In this document: piece after piece, positions 1-12,084 of the stretch
Numbering within the stretch: the stretch's first letter is position 1
Layout of the letters: each line of letters starts with the position of its first letter
Assembly (NCBI RefSeq): GCF_006345805.1
Contig: NW_021836313.1
Span: 1-64,000, forward strand
Source of the DNA: Octopus sinensis
Taxonomy: Eukaryota
Direction of reading: 5' to 3'
DNA: 64,000 nt
Notes under the pieces: generated by a model
Told to the model about the DNA's origin: nothing
What the model saw: only the letters and a program-made list of their open reading frames with translations
Databases searched by the model: none
Position numbers and translations under genes: made by a program

Positions 1-361
1 ATTAGACTAACTAATTAAAAAGTAGAAGTTTATACGGCGAATTGAAAGGCTACACTACGTGTTTATCGCATGGATATCGCGAGGTACATCATTCTGGTAC
101 ACCGGATGGATAATACGAAAGCCAAAGTTTACGGTAAGCAACAAGTCGCTTCTCTGCCGTTTTTTCAATTCCTCAATCGATGTTTTCTTTCCTTTCTTTC
201 TTTCTTTCATGTCAAGGTGCAAGAGTTCTCTTTTTGGGCTTTCTTCCGGCATTCTTTCGGTATATGACCATAAATTCGAAGTGGGGGGGAAATTATAAGT
301 AAAGCAATCAACATTGATAATTAATCTTTGATCTCAAAGCCTTTTTAATTGATTCACTTAT

Positions 362-515
362 TAGATAGTGGCCAGGCTGGAGCATCACCTTCAAGGGTTT
401 AGTCGAACGAAGTACTTTTCGTTTTAAAGTTTGGTGCTTGCTCCATCAGTCGCGTTTACGCGGAGGTAAACAAACCAGCAGCTGTTGTCAAGCGGTGAGG
501 AAGGTGGGAACAAGC
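362..515 (-). mobile_element. SINE family A (tRNA-head SINE with internal microsatellite), 3' half
   Basis: Reverse complement of the CCGCTTGACAAC...TCGACTAAA...CCAGC.TGGCC block also seen at 1745-1945, 8085-8275 and 12090-12290; followed by (CA)n. Confidence 0.7.
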
Positions 516-516
516 A

Positions 517-555
<39 letters not shown>

Positions 556-624
556 ACACACACACACACTCACACACACACACTCACACACACACTCATA
601 CGCACACGTGCACGTATTATTAAA

Positions 625-933
625 AAATCTTTCTACATGATTCAGTCATTGGACTGCGGCCGTGCTGGGGCCTTGAGGAGTTTAATCGAACAAATCCATC
701 TCAGTACTCCTTTCTGATAAAGACTGACACTAAATCAATCGTCTTTCCGCCGAACCGTTAAGTTACGAGAACGTAAACAAACGAACACTGGTTGTCAAGC
801 GGTGGGACGGGGACAAACACAAAGGCACACACACACACAAAGTACACACACATGCACACACAATGTACATATGCACACACACACATACACAAATACACAC
901 ACACACACACGCTCACATGCACACACGAGCACG

Positions 934-979
<46 letters not shown>

Positions 980-1140
980 GAAGCACACATCTACACGACG
1001 AGATTCCAAACAGTTTCCGTCTATCGACATCACTCCTACGGTATTGAGAGAAGACCCTTACCCAAGGTGGGTTGCAGTGGGACTGAACCTGAAATCACAT
1101 GGTTATAAAGCGAGCTCCTTAGCAACAAGGCCATGCTTGC
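625..1140 (-). mobile_element. SINE family A, near-complete, internal (CA)n
   Basis: 3' half at 625-820, (CA)n at 822-980, tRNA-like head at 985-1140 (GGTTCAGTCCCACTG B-box-like motif on minus strand). Confidence 0.75.
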
Positions 1141-1338
1141 TTTAAAAATTCCTAATTCACAATCTCTGTATTTTTAACACGAACCCCACGAAAGTTTGCC
1201 GAAAAAAAAAAGTGTTAAAAATAGTAGAAAACTTGTAAGGTTAGGGTGAGAAATAAGAAAATTGGAAAGTCTTTTTTTTTTAAATAACTTTAACTGTAAT
1301 TGAAAACATGGGAAATCGGAAAAAAAAATTGAAGATAT

Positions 1339-1519
1339 AGGCGCAGGCGTGGCTGGGGGGTTAGGGACTTGCTTCCCAACCACATGGTTCCGGGTTCAGT
1401 TCCACAGTGTAGCAACTTGGGCAAATGTCTTCTGCTATAGCCTCGGGTTGACCAAAATCTTGTGAGTGGATTTGGTAGATGGAAACTGAAAGAAGCCCAT
1501 TGCATCTCTCGCTCTCTCT

Positions 1520-1605
<86 letters not shown>

Positions 1606-1630
1606 TAAATTACACTCATACACACACAAC

Positions 1631-1668
<38 letters not shown>

Positions 1669-1960
1669 TCATACACAAACATATCTATATATATATATAT
1701 ACACGCATACACATATATATGCGCATATGTGTGTGTGTGTGTGTGTCTTTGTGTTTGTCGCCACACCACCGCTTGACAGCCGGTACTGGTGTGTTTATGG
1801 CCCCATTACCTAGCGGTTCGGAAAAAAAAGGAACGATAGAATTAGAAACAGGGTTAAAAAAAAAGTACTGGAGTCGATTCATTCGACTACAAATTCCTCA
1901 AACAGGTGCCCCAGCATGGCCGCAGTCTACTGAATGAAACAAGGATAAAACTTAAAAGAT
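1339..1960 (+). mobile_element. SINE family A, complete, internal (TC)(TA)(TG) microsatellite
   Basis: Head GGCGCAGGCGTGGCT...GGTTCCGGGTTCAGTTCC (A/B-box-like), microsatellite 1505-1745, 3' half ending CAGCATGGCCGCAGT...TGAAACAAG with an A-rich tail. Confidence 0.85.
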
Positions 1961-2074
1961 AAAACTTAAAAGAAAACACAGTAAGGGACGTGGTGGGGGT
2001 GGGGTGGGGTTTTCCTCGACTTTGTTGGAGATTTCCATTTCCAGTTTGTAAACAAACCAAACGAATGTCGTTAT

Positions 2075-2290
2075 TATTAGCAGAATCATTGGCGCGTCGG
2101 ACAAAATGCTTAACGGAATTTCTTCCGGCTCTTTACATTATGAATTAAAATTTTGCAGGGGTCGACTTTACCTTTAATCCTTTAAGGGTCGATAAAAAAA
2201 TATCAGTTGAACACTGGAGTCGATGTAATCGACATACTCCCGGCCCTGAAATTGCTGGTCTTGTGCCAAAACTTGTGACCCATATTTGCA
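2075..2290 (+). mobile_element. SINE family B (tRNA-derived, normally (ATT)n-tailed)
   Basis: Shares GGTCGACTTT.CCTTT.ATCCTTT..GGGTCGATAAA and CTGG.GTCGATGTAATCGAC blocks with copies at 6630, 19207, 23859, 26545, 29065 and 53708. The central block resembles the conserved domain of Nin/Deu/Sauria-type SINEs (from memory). Confidence 0.75.
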
Positions 2291-2443
2291 GTTGTTGTTG
2301 TTGTCGATGCTGCTGTTGTTGCTGTTGTTGTTGTTGTTGTCGATGCTGCTGTTGTTGCTGTTGTTGTTGTTGTTGTCGATGCTGCTGTTGTTGCTGTTGT
2401 TGCTGTTGTTGTTGTTGTTGTCGATGCTGCTGTTGTTGCTGTT
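2290..2443. repeat. Compound (GTT/GCT)n repeat with GTCGATGC landmark
   Basis: GTCGATGC recurs at 2303, 2339, 2375 and 2420 (period 36, 36, 45); source of the poly-L, poly-C and poly-N ORFs. Confidence 0.9.
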
Positions 2444-3758
2444 AAGAGTGCTCAAGCCAGCCGTGGTCAAGCAGTCCTTTAAAGACGCAGTTATTCACCA
2501 GAACGTCCATTATATATGACCAGTGTCTCGTTAATGTATCGGATTCAATGGACAATTAGCCGGTTGCCCCACGCGCCTAGCAGCTTAAATACCAATCTAT
2601 GGATGATTTAGTTGTGTATATAGGGGGTGCCACTGCATGGCTCTGCCTGCTGCTGGTGGCGGTGGGGCTGGGGTCTACAACGCTGATGTGACTGAGGTTT
2701 TTGTTCTCCTCACTTGTTCCATGTTGACATGTAGCAAAGGAAGAAACCACCAGACTCCATGTTTATTGAGTTAATTAGGGAATTTGTGATACGCGGGTCG
2801 AGGAATTTGAACGCCCGAAATTTAAGGAGTGGGCAGGCGAGCCAGTTGGTCCCAGAACACGATTTCAATGTGACCAGCTGCATCTGCGTTTTTTCTTTAC
2901 TTCTTTTTTTAATTACTGACCCATGGCATAGGTACAGAGCCCGTAACTCTTGCAGGCTTTCTGAGACTGGTGCGATTGATCGATGCCCCGTTTCAACTGT
3001 TGCAGATCAATGCCAGCAGGAGAGATATAAACGGGGAAGAAACTCCAGGGAGGGGATGGAGGACTGGTCATAGAGGTTAGCAGCGCTGGATTAACCATAA
3101 GAAAAATAAGCCCGTGATTAGGACATTAAGGGAGAAGGAGGGAACCATAGAAATAGTAAATGATTTACGGCACAAAAGAAACCTCTTTGAACTTGTTAAA
3201 ATGATATTCGGGATGCTTTATCTCTACTAAATCTAGCAACAGATGTGTTACGTAAGGTTAATTTTGAGGAAATGGTCAAAGAATGCAATTGGTAAAAAAG
3301 TAGGTGAAAACTTTTCAAAAATAAAAATAAAATGGAACTATAAAAAAAACAGACATTATTTTCCGTCTTTTTGTTAATTTTGTTTCATTTTGAAACATAG
3401 AAAATTTATTTTATGGTTTTATTATTGTTTATATTTTGAATTATACATATGGTGGGGGGCACCAAAACATAAGCGTTTAGGGCTTCAAAGGGCCTTAATC
3501 TATTCTTGGTGGATGATCTGGAGAAACGTGGGTGGTGGATGTAATACGGGTGGAGAGTGGAATGGGTTGATGATGCTGAATGAGGGAAGTACGAAACCAG
3601 CCAACTTTGAGGAGTGGAGATCATTAAAGCAGTGATGACCAGTCAGTTTCGAGGGGCAAAGAACGAGTGGACAGGGGCCAGTTGGTAAAAGATTACACAT
3701 TTGTTTTAATAAATCGTTTCAGTTCTTTTATCCTGAAATGATTCTTCTAAGTACAACT

Positions 3759-3829
<71 letters not shown>

Positions 3830-4109
3830 GCACGCACGCACACACGCACACGCACGCACACGCACGCACACGCACGCACGCACACGCACGCACGCACACG
3901 CACGCACGCACTTAACCATTATATATAACACATATTTGACACGGATTACTAAAATACGTAATGAGTATTCTGGACCTATTCCCGGTTGCAGTGGAGATTT
4001 CATAACTGCCCTCCACATGCTACCACCTATTATATCAAGAGAAAGTGAATTGTTTTTTGGGAACAGTGGATCTCGAAGCAAATCAAGACGAAAACACTAA
4101 TCTTGTCAT

Positions 4110-4141
<32 letters not shown>

Positions 4142-4195
4142 TTGTGTGTGTGAGATTATACATGTATACACACACACACACACTCTCTCTCTCTT

Positions 4196-4232
<37 letters not shown>

Positions 4233-4248
4233 CACACACACACACACA

Positions 4249-4290
<42 letters not shown>

Positions 4291-4321
4291 ATAGCTATGC
4301 CCCCTTCATAGGGTTACCCAG

Positions 4322-4617
4322 GGTTTTGCATCCTTAAAGCGCTTAGCTTTACGTCTTGTCAGAACCTGATGGCCAATGGTCTATAACCTCACTTGAAAAC
4401 AAAGAGAAGAAAGGGCTCGTGGCCAGTTATTGAACACACAAAGGAAAAAGGTCAAGCTTGACCGGCCATTAGATCAATTTTGACTTTTTTCCTTTGTCTG
4501 TGTTCAGTAACTAGCCACAAGGCCTTTTCTCCCTCCTTTTTAAAGAGAGGTTATAAGTCCCTGGCCATTAGGGTCTGACGAGACGTTCTAAAGCTAAGCG
4601 CTTTATGGACCAAAACC
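4322..4617. repeat. Imperfect palindrome / foldback MITE-like element
   Basis: 4322-4455 is the imperfect reverse complement of 4480-4617 (e.g. AAAGCGCTTAGCTTT / AAAGCTAAGCGCTTT; CACACAAAGGAAAAAGGTCAA / TTGACTTTTTTCCTTTGTCTGTG). Confidence 0.75.
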
Positions 4618-4809
4618 ATGGTCAAGCTTATAGACCGACCCCAACTCTCATTATCTAAATACGCGGCTGCTCTCTAACCTAGAGTGTGCTTCTCATTCGG
4701 AGTTATGATTTACTAACGATATACATACATACGGACACACCCATATACACATACACCGCACGCATAAGCACCACACCAGCCATGCCATCCCACCCACATA
4801 AACACACAT

Positions 4810-4895
4810 ATATGATGGGCTTCTTTCAGTTTCCATCTACCACATCTATTCACAAGGCTTTGGTCTATGTAAGTGCTACGGAAGGACCGCTATTA
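4810..4895 (-). mobile_element. SINE family A head fragment
   Basis: GATGGGCTTCTTTCAGTTTCCATCTACC...TTCACAAGGCTTTGGTC matches the reverse complement of 1440-1500. Confidence 0.65.
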
Positions 4896-4954
4896 AGTTC
4901 CCAGTTCAATAATAGCATGAGTGAGGAGTCTAAGGCAGGTCGTGTGTGAGCGTG

Positions 4955-5900
4955 TGTATGTTAAATAAAATAAGATAACAAGGCTAAGGCAATTTGATAT
5001 TCCTTGGACATTTATAAATAGAAGGTGGTCTTACAGCTGTTTCAGGGAAATAAATGATATCTCATCATCAGCGAGTTAAAAGAGCTTCAGTGGAAGGAAT
5101 TAGTAGAGTTCATCTTTTTGGAAGAAGTTATTCTGGAGAGGGAGAGATATAAAAGAAATTAGATATAAATGCAGAAAGTATAAAAGGAAAAGATGAAGAT
5201 AAAAATACATGTTGGACGTTAAAGTTGGTGTTCCGTTATCCAAGGGTTATGTGGGCAGTTCTGTGCGTATTTGGTAGGTAGGAGTAGAAAGAGAGAAAGG
5301 AGAGAAAGGAGAGGGAGGCGTGTGTGGTGATGTTAGACTTATTTTGATATTTGAGTATGCAGATGTCAGGATGGTAGTATAGTTCGTTAGTTTGACTTTA
5401 GTTATAGCGGGCGCCCCCTTACTAGGGTCAACAAGTGCAGGTATTCAGTTGTTGGAATCCATTGCCTTAAGTTGACAAATGATATGCTTTTAAAAGGTCC
5501 TTTTAATTACTTTCGGTGGCATAATGGTAAAGCATGTGAAAATAGTGGTTATTTTGTTTATTTGGTTTATATGTTCTCTTGTTCTGTGCTAAAGACGGTT
5601 AGTGTTTTTTCTGTTTTAAAATGTCTTTTTCGAATTCTAAGAATGATGCCTTGTTTTTATGCTTACAAGATATAATTACTTCGGAGTCTCTGGATGTGAT
5701 GATCTCCATAGTTTCCTCTAGGCATAAGTTGCACACCCACGATGTTTTATTGTATGGTGCAGCATTTTTTAAAATTATAGATCAGTGGGTTGTATGCCTC
5801 ACTCCATTCCGTTTGAGCGTCCAGATAAGGCTAGATAATGATGTGGAGGGCCTTTTGTTTACATTGGGAAATGACATCAAAGTGATTTAGCAGACGATTT
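4955..5900 (-). mobile_element. Penelope-like element remnant: GIY-YIG C-terminus plus downstream non-coding region with a degenerate hammerhead
   Basis: Minus frame at ~5620-5880 reads TSLSSLIWTLKRNGV...ILKNAAPYNKTSWVCNLCLEE...VIISCKHKNK, typical of the Penelope endonuclease C-terminus. CUGAUGA...GAAACAGCUGUA lies at 5028-5075. Confidence 0.7.
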
Positions 5901-6068
5901 TTCCTGATGTCTCCAGTACCACCAATGTACACAGAAATACGTGTACGCATGCGTACGGAAAACCTACTTTTTTCCGTCGAAGGTGATCGCTTTTAAGCTT
6001 TTAGCTTATAGAATAATATTATTATTTATAGAATTGTGACTCGTCACCGCTTCTCAAATCATCGCAGA

Positions 6069-6177
<109 letters not shown>

Positions 6178-6629
6178 CGTAAATAGATAGGTAGTAAAAG
6201 AAAAACACGGGAATAAACTTTCTATAAACGAAGCTATATTATGGAAAATTAGATATTTCTGACATGGGTTGAGTTGGAGGAGGCTGACCTGGAAAGAGAG
6301 ACGACAGAAATCTGTTCTAGAATCTAGAATAATGATTAAGCTGAGCTATAGCATCCCGCTTAGGGAGAAGGGAGAGCTTTGAGAGAAGTAGAGGGTTTCA
6401 AAGAGTAGCGTTGAGTAGGGTTGTGGTATTTTAGGTTTTAGAAATAACATATCTAAACCAGGCAATTGTGGATCACTGTCATTTGACGATGAGAATTAAA
6501 GGACCTTGTTAAATTTCGTCCAACCACTTGAAGTATTTAAATTTTCACCAGATTATTTGTTTAAAATTTTGTAATTTTAATCTTGATGACGAGAATCTCA
6601 TGCATCTTTTCTTTAAATTAATATTGACT

Positions 6630-6840
6630 TCAAATTTTGGCACAAGGCCAGCAATTTCAGGAGAGGGGCTAAATCAATTACATCGGTCCCTGTGTTCAAC
6701 TGGTACTTGATTTATCGAGCCCGAAAGGATGAAATGCAAAGTCGACCTCGTTGGAATTTGAACTCAGAACGTAGAGTCAGACGAAATGCTGCTAAGCATT
6801 TTGCCCGGTGCTGTAACGATTCTGCCAGCTCGCCGCCTTT
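6630..6840 (-). mobile_element. SINE family B, complete
   Basis: Minus strand starts AGGCGGCGAGCTGGCAGAATCGTTAC and ends GGCCTTGTGCCAAAATTTGAAGTCAATATT. Confidence 0.8.
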
Positions 6841-7064
6841 CTCTATAAATAAACTAATAATTAGTGTAGAAAATTTGAAAATAATTAGGTGAAGGAATTC
6901 AACAAGATCCGAATTAAATCGTTCGGTCCAATGTATTACTTGCTCCTGAATTAATGTGTTAGTGGCTGAGTATTCCATCGATACGTGTACCCTTAAGCAG
7001 AATCTCAAGCAGAGTCAGTGTGATACAGTCTATGATAAGGCTATACTGTTTGGAATTCCAGATA

Positions 7065-7230
7065 CAATCAATATGATGGGCTTCTTTACAGTTTCCGTTA
7101 ACCCCATTTCACTTACAAGCCATGGGTCTGCCGGAGACTAAAGAAAATGACATCTGTTCAAGATATCTCGAAGTGAATTCGAACCTGCGACTCCGCGAAG
7201 CGAACTTCTTAACCACCCAGTTATACTCGT
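7065..7230 (-). mobile_element. Old SINE family A head
   Basis: Degenerate match to the family A head (GATGGGCTTCTTT.CAGTTTCCGT...GAAGCGAACTTCTTAACCAC). Confidence 0.55.
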
Positions 7231-7829
7231 CTACTTAAACCAGGTTTTTATACTTTTATATTAAAATCATTGAAACAATTCTTTGCGACGATCAGAATAT
7301 GGAACTGGCACCGAAGAAAACAAAACTGGCGAATGGCAATGTGGTCCAACGTAGTTACATTATGTAAAATTCCCGCCTGTTTTTGTAACTGCGATAAAGA
7401 TTTAACAAAAGAGGTATTAGTCAACACAAGTATCTAAAGAGGAGCTCGTTACTTTGGAAGTATTCTTTGGCCCTGATGGGTGGTAATATCAGGAAATATG
7501 ACATACATACCATATTTGGGATTTCATTTTTATCAGATTTTTCGGTGTTTAAACAAAATGATGAAATGAAACTGATTTTCAATAGAAAAAATATTTACGA
7601 CCTTAATGTAAAAGCAAATAAAACGAAAATTATCAATTTTGTATATTTACAATACTCGGATGATAATATTTTCCTAAATTCTATCATCATAATCGTAATT
7701 TACTCAATCGAAACCTATCGTTTCGAACTTTGATTTTATAAATTGGGTGTGTTTTCAGAAGTCCTGCCCCTCTTTATGTAACTCTCTGTGTATTTCTCGG
7801 GTGTGATGAGGTTAGACGTTTCAATACAG

Positions 7830-7995
7830 ACACAATCCATTCGATGGGCTTCTCAACACCATTTCTATCAAATACTTTTGGGCGATCTGAGGCTGTAGTA
7901 AAGACTCTTGACCAACATGCCATGCACTCGGACTAAACCTTAGACGTCATGGCTGGGAAGCGAACTTCTTAGGTATTCAGCCACACCTGCGTTTA
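7830..7995 (-). mobile_element. SINE family A head
   Basis: Ends GGGAAGCGAACTTCTTA...CAGCCACACCTGCG, the reverse complement of the family A start. Confidence 0.65.
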
Positions 7996-8084
7996 TCCAT
8001 ACACACAGACACACACGTGTGTGTGTGTGTATGTATGTATGTATGTATGTAGTATAAAGTATGCTTAGATGTGTGTGTGTGTGT

Positions 8085-8275
8085 TTGTGTCTGGGGTTGT
8101 CTCCTACCATCGCTTGACAACCGGTGCTGGTGTGTTCACGTCCCCCGTAACACACAGATGGAATAAGTACGAAACTTCGAAAGAAAAAGCACTGGAGTCG
8201 CTTCGTTCGCATAAAATCATTCACGAGCGATGCACCAGCATGGCCGCAGTCTCAAGACTGAAACAAGATAAAGAC
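8085..8275 (+). mobile_element. SINE family A 3' half
   Basis: CCATCGCTTGACAACCGGTGCTGGTGTGTTCACGTCCCC...CCAGCATGGCCGCAGTC...GACTGAAACAAG. Confidence 0.75.
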
Positions 8276-8281
8276 ATGCAG

Positions 8282-8328
<47 letters not shown>

Positions 8329-8871
8329 TTCTCGTCGTATTTCAGTATGGCAGTCGTTATGCAGCATGTATACGCATGCGTGTGTGTGTGTGCTACACTG
8401 CCCACGCATTATATGTACACACGATATACAATTGCTAACCTACATACAATCAGCGCTGTGACTCACCAACTTAAAAAAAAAACAAATTAGAAAAAATAAA
8501 GATAAAGACAATCGTATTAAGAAACCATTAAAAATAACTAAATTAAAAAAAACAATAAAAACAATAGCCATTTCAGCTGAAAAAACGCAGATAATAAATC
8601 GAACAATAGAAAGTTCTATCTTCAATCTTTGACGACACAAAAAAAGGAAGACACTTTAGCACGGTTTTTGTTTTTAAATATTGGTTTTGTTGTTGTTTTT
8701 TACATTGGTTGCTTATTGTCAATAAACGTTTGCAGTCAGATAAGATCGAATAGAACATTCGCTGGTTTTTACAGATCTCTGCATTTATGGCCAACGCTTG
8801 AGGTGGTGTAATCATAGGAATTTTAATGGCGACTATTATGGAAGAACACATTTGTCCTTGCATTCTTTTAT

Positions 8872-9170
8872 TCTTTCGCTTGTTTCAGTCATTGGACAGC
8901 GGACATGATGGAGCACCACCTCGAAGGTTTTTATTGATCTAAAGAAACCAACACCGGTCGTCAAGTGATGAGAAAAGACGAACACGCGCGCGCACACTCT
9001 CACATACACAAATATATTCATTTATAGGACGGGCTTCCATACACTGTTCATCCACCAAATTTATTCGCAACGCATTGGTCAGCCCGGGGCTATCGTAGAA
9101 GAAACTTGCCCAAGGTGCCGAGCAACGTGCTTGTTAATCACAGCCAGTGTCTTGGCCATTCAGCCACGCC
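8872..9170 (-). mobile_element. SINE family A, internally deleted
   Basis: Both the 3' block (CTTGTTTCAGTCATT...GGAGCACCACC) and the head block (CTTGCCCAAGGTGCC...CACAGCC) are present. Confidence 0.65.
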
Positions 9171-9503
9171 TCCTCCATTGATAGCAAAAACGAAAAAAGA
9201 AAAGAACAAAAAGGAAAACTATAGAAATATTTTCACTTTTTGGATAATCCTCACATTTGTGGAATCGGTAATTCCTGCTGTGTTTGTTTTTAGCTTGATG
9301 CGAGTAAAACCGATCCCACTGTCTACGGAAGCAAGCTTAAAATATCTTTGCGTTTGTTGCGAGATGATAAGGAACGAGAAACTCCGAGTAGTGACTAACA
9401 TGGATCATAGACTCAGCTTTCAACACAGAAACGTACACTCGCTTGCACATGTACGTACGAACATTATACGCGTAAAAAATGAGGTGTCTGTTTTAAAAAT
9501 ATG

Positions 9504-9665
9504 CATAGGAGTGGCTGTGTGGTAAAAAGCTTGCTTCCCAACCACATGGTTCTGGGTTCAGTTCCACTGTGTGGCACCTTGGGCAAGTGTCTTCTGCTAT
9601 AGCCTCGGGCCGACTAAAGCCTTGTGAGTGGATTTGGTGGACAGAAACTGAAAAAAGCCTGTCGT
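9504..9665 (+). mobile_element. SINE family A head (3' half probably displaced to 12085-12290)
   Basis: Well-preserved head GGAGTGGCTGTGTGGTAAAAAGCTTGCTTCCCAACCACATGG..., ending at (TA)n. Confidence 0.85.
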
Positions 9666-9666
9666 G

Positions 9667-9702
<36 letters not shown>

Positions 9703-9732
9703 TATGTATATATGGTGTGTGTGTGTGTGTAT

Positions 9733-10241
9733 AAAATACAAAATGTGACAAGAACACAAAACATCCACATAGACGATACAAAGAAAACAAGGACAGGTCA
9801 TTCGGAGTTTTCTTTCCTCAGTCGAGTTCCAGATTATCTTTGCAATTTCATCTGGTTATACTCAAGATTGCTCCAATCTGACCAGCCCCAAGGAAAAACT
9901 AAGCTAAGAGCATTAGATTCCTTGGAAGAAAGCAGCTTCACTTAATTCGTCCTTAGTCGAAAGACACCTGTTATGTCCTGTTATCTGTATTTGTGTAACA
10001 TTCTCCGTTTTTTTCCATCCTTGTTTTCGTATACATTCGCTGCTTTCTTCCAAGGAATCTAATGTTCTTAGCTTAGTTTTTCCTTGGGGCTGGCCAGATT
10101 GGAGCAATCTCGAGTGTAATCAGCCGAAATTGCAAAGATAATATGGAACTCGACTGAAGAAAGAAATCTCCGAATGACCCGTCCTTTATTTCTTTGTCTC
10201 GTCTATCTGGATGTTTTGCGTTCTTGGCCTATTTTGTATTT
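9733..10241. mobile_element. Long inverted repeat (~204-bp arms, 102-bp spacer), Penelope pLTR-like
   Basis: 9733-9936 is the reverse complement of 10039-10241 at high identity; both outer ends abut (TA)/(TG) repeats. Confidence 0.8.
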
Positions 10242-11167
10242 CATATATATACTCTTTGTTCATGTTGGATTAACTATGTATATATATATATATATAGGAG
10301 AGGAAAAATTATAATAAGGCAGGATGCTAAATTGAAAGTAAATTTTAATAAAAATGGGTGTATGGAAAATTAAAAAAGAAAAAATAATAAATCAGACCGG
10401 CAAGGCAAAGTTTCAAGATTTTTTAAAGGTGAAAATAATTTTTTTTAAATTGAGGAAGGGGAAAAAATAAATTTACAATGTTTTTTTCAAAAAAATAATA
10501 ATACATATATACAAAAATTAATAAATAAGTATAGCAATACATTGTAGAGTCTTTATGCTTTTAGAGTTCAATAATAGTCCTTGGAAAAACTTCTTAGGAG
10601 GATCAGGATCCATGTGATTAAAAGTAGTGCTTGGTTTAAAGCGTTTGAAACCAAGCACTACTTTTCAAGCACTTGGTGTATACATATATATATATGTACA
10701 CACCAAGTGATTTTTGCATGCGAGCAAGATTGCGTATACATATGTGTACATGTATTTGTGCGTATATTTTCGTTTTGCATTTATATGTCTGTATAAGTAT
10801 GTGGTCTGCGCACATCTATCAGTGTATTTTGATGTATACATGTATATTGATGGTTGAGTATGTGTATATACTGTTGTGAAATATTTTAATATATTTTAAT
10901 ATATTTTAATTTCAATTTTTATGTATTAATTGTGTTAATCGAATTATATTTTCTACATAATTAATGACAATATGTATTTGAATCAAATCTTCGATTTAAG
11001 GTTTTTCCTCGATTTTTATAATTTTATATTGAATTCATTTATTTGTTTTGTTTATTTTTGTTTATCGCTCGCATATGACCGTTATTTGAAAGGACCAATC
11101 AAACAAATACATTTTTAAAGGTGTGTCGCTTATGCTAGTCCTGATCGAATTGTAATCTCGGTTCTAT

Positions 11168-11226
11168 TTTAACAAAACTGTCCGACGAACGAGAACGTGA
11201 AACTCCGAGTAACAGCTTTTGTTAAA
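11168..11226 (+). ncRNA. Candidate type I minimal hammerhead ribozyme (U4C variant)
   Basis: Stem I TTTAACAAAACTGT / ACAG-C-TTTTGTTAAA; core CCGACGA; stem II ACG-AGAA-CGT; GAA; stem III ACTC-C-GAGT; cleavage triplet GUA after 11211. Confidence 0.6.
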
Positions 11227-11318
11227 TTTCTGCTGCTTTTAAATAAAGCATATTACTCTACCTCTTGTATTTGAGTACTCCTTTTTCCACCTTGTTTCAC
11301 ATTTATGTGTTTACTCCG

Positions 11319-11401
<83 letters not shown>

Positions 11402-11909
11402 AACTGTACTGGGAGAAGAAGAAACGAAACGAAACGGAACGAATCGACGCGAAGGCGCTCAGTCATACAATAGTGTAATAAATAAAATATATGCATACAT
11501 ACATACATGTACGTACCTACATCTACATATATATATATACATGCATATATAAATATATATACGTGAGTACAGGACACCAAAAATAGATGCAGAACTCAAC
11601 GAGAACGAAAACGTAAAAACAAGCATGGAACGAACCTTTTTTTTTACAAAGAAAAAACAGAGTACTAGACAAACTACACAAGGAAAAATCCCCTTCATCA
11701 GCTGTCCCTAGTTCAACTCCAGCGTGTTTCGAAGGTGAGGACAGAACACGACTCGTCGAACTAGCCCTTCCTGCGAAGAAATTAAAGGAAATTACTTCGC
11801 AGAGGGGTAAAAACAAGGAAAGAACAAAATGTGACACAAACAGGACGTAAAAACGATACAAATAAAATTACAAAATAAAATACAAAATAAAATACAAAAT
11901 AAAAATACA

Positions 11910-11989
<80 letters not shown>

Positions 11990-12008
11990 TATATATGTGT
12001 CTGTATAT

Positions 12009-12042
<34 letters not shown>

Positions 12043-12084
12043 CACAACAGGCTTATATATATATACAATAGGCTTCTTTATATG

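Noticed and set aside
26-133. Possible exon ending at ACG|GTAAGC
   Set aside because: Good donor but no polypyrimidine acceptor in the window and no recognisable peptide in any frame.
1340-1420. tRNA genes at SINE heads
   Set aside because: A/B-box-like motifs only; no complete cloverleaf, and each continues into a SINE body.
1985-2009. G-quadruplex-like motif
   Set aside because: Single short G-run cluster with no functional context.
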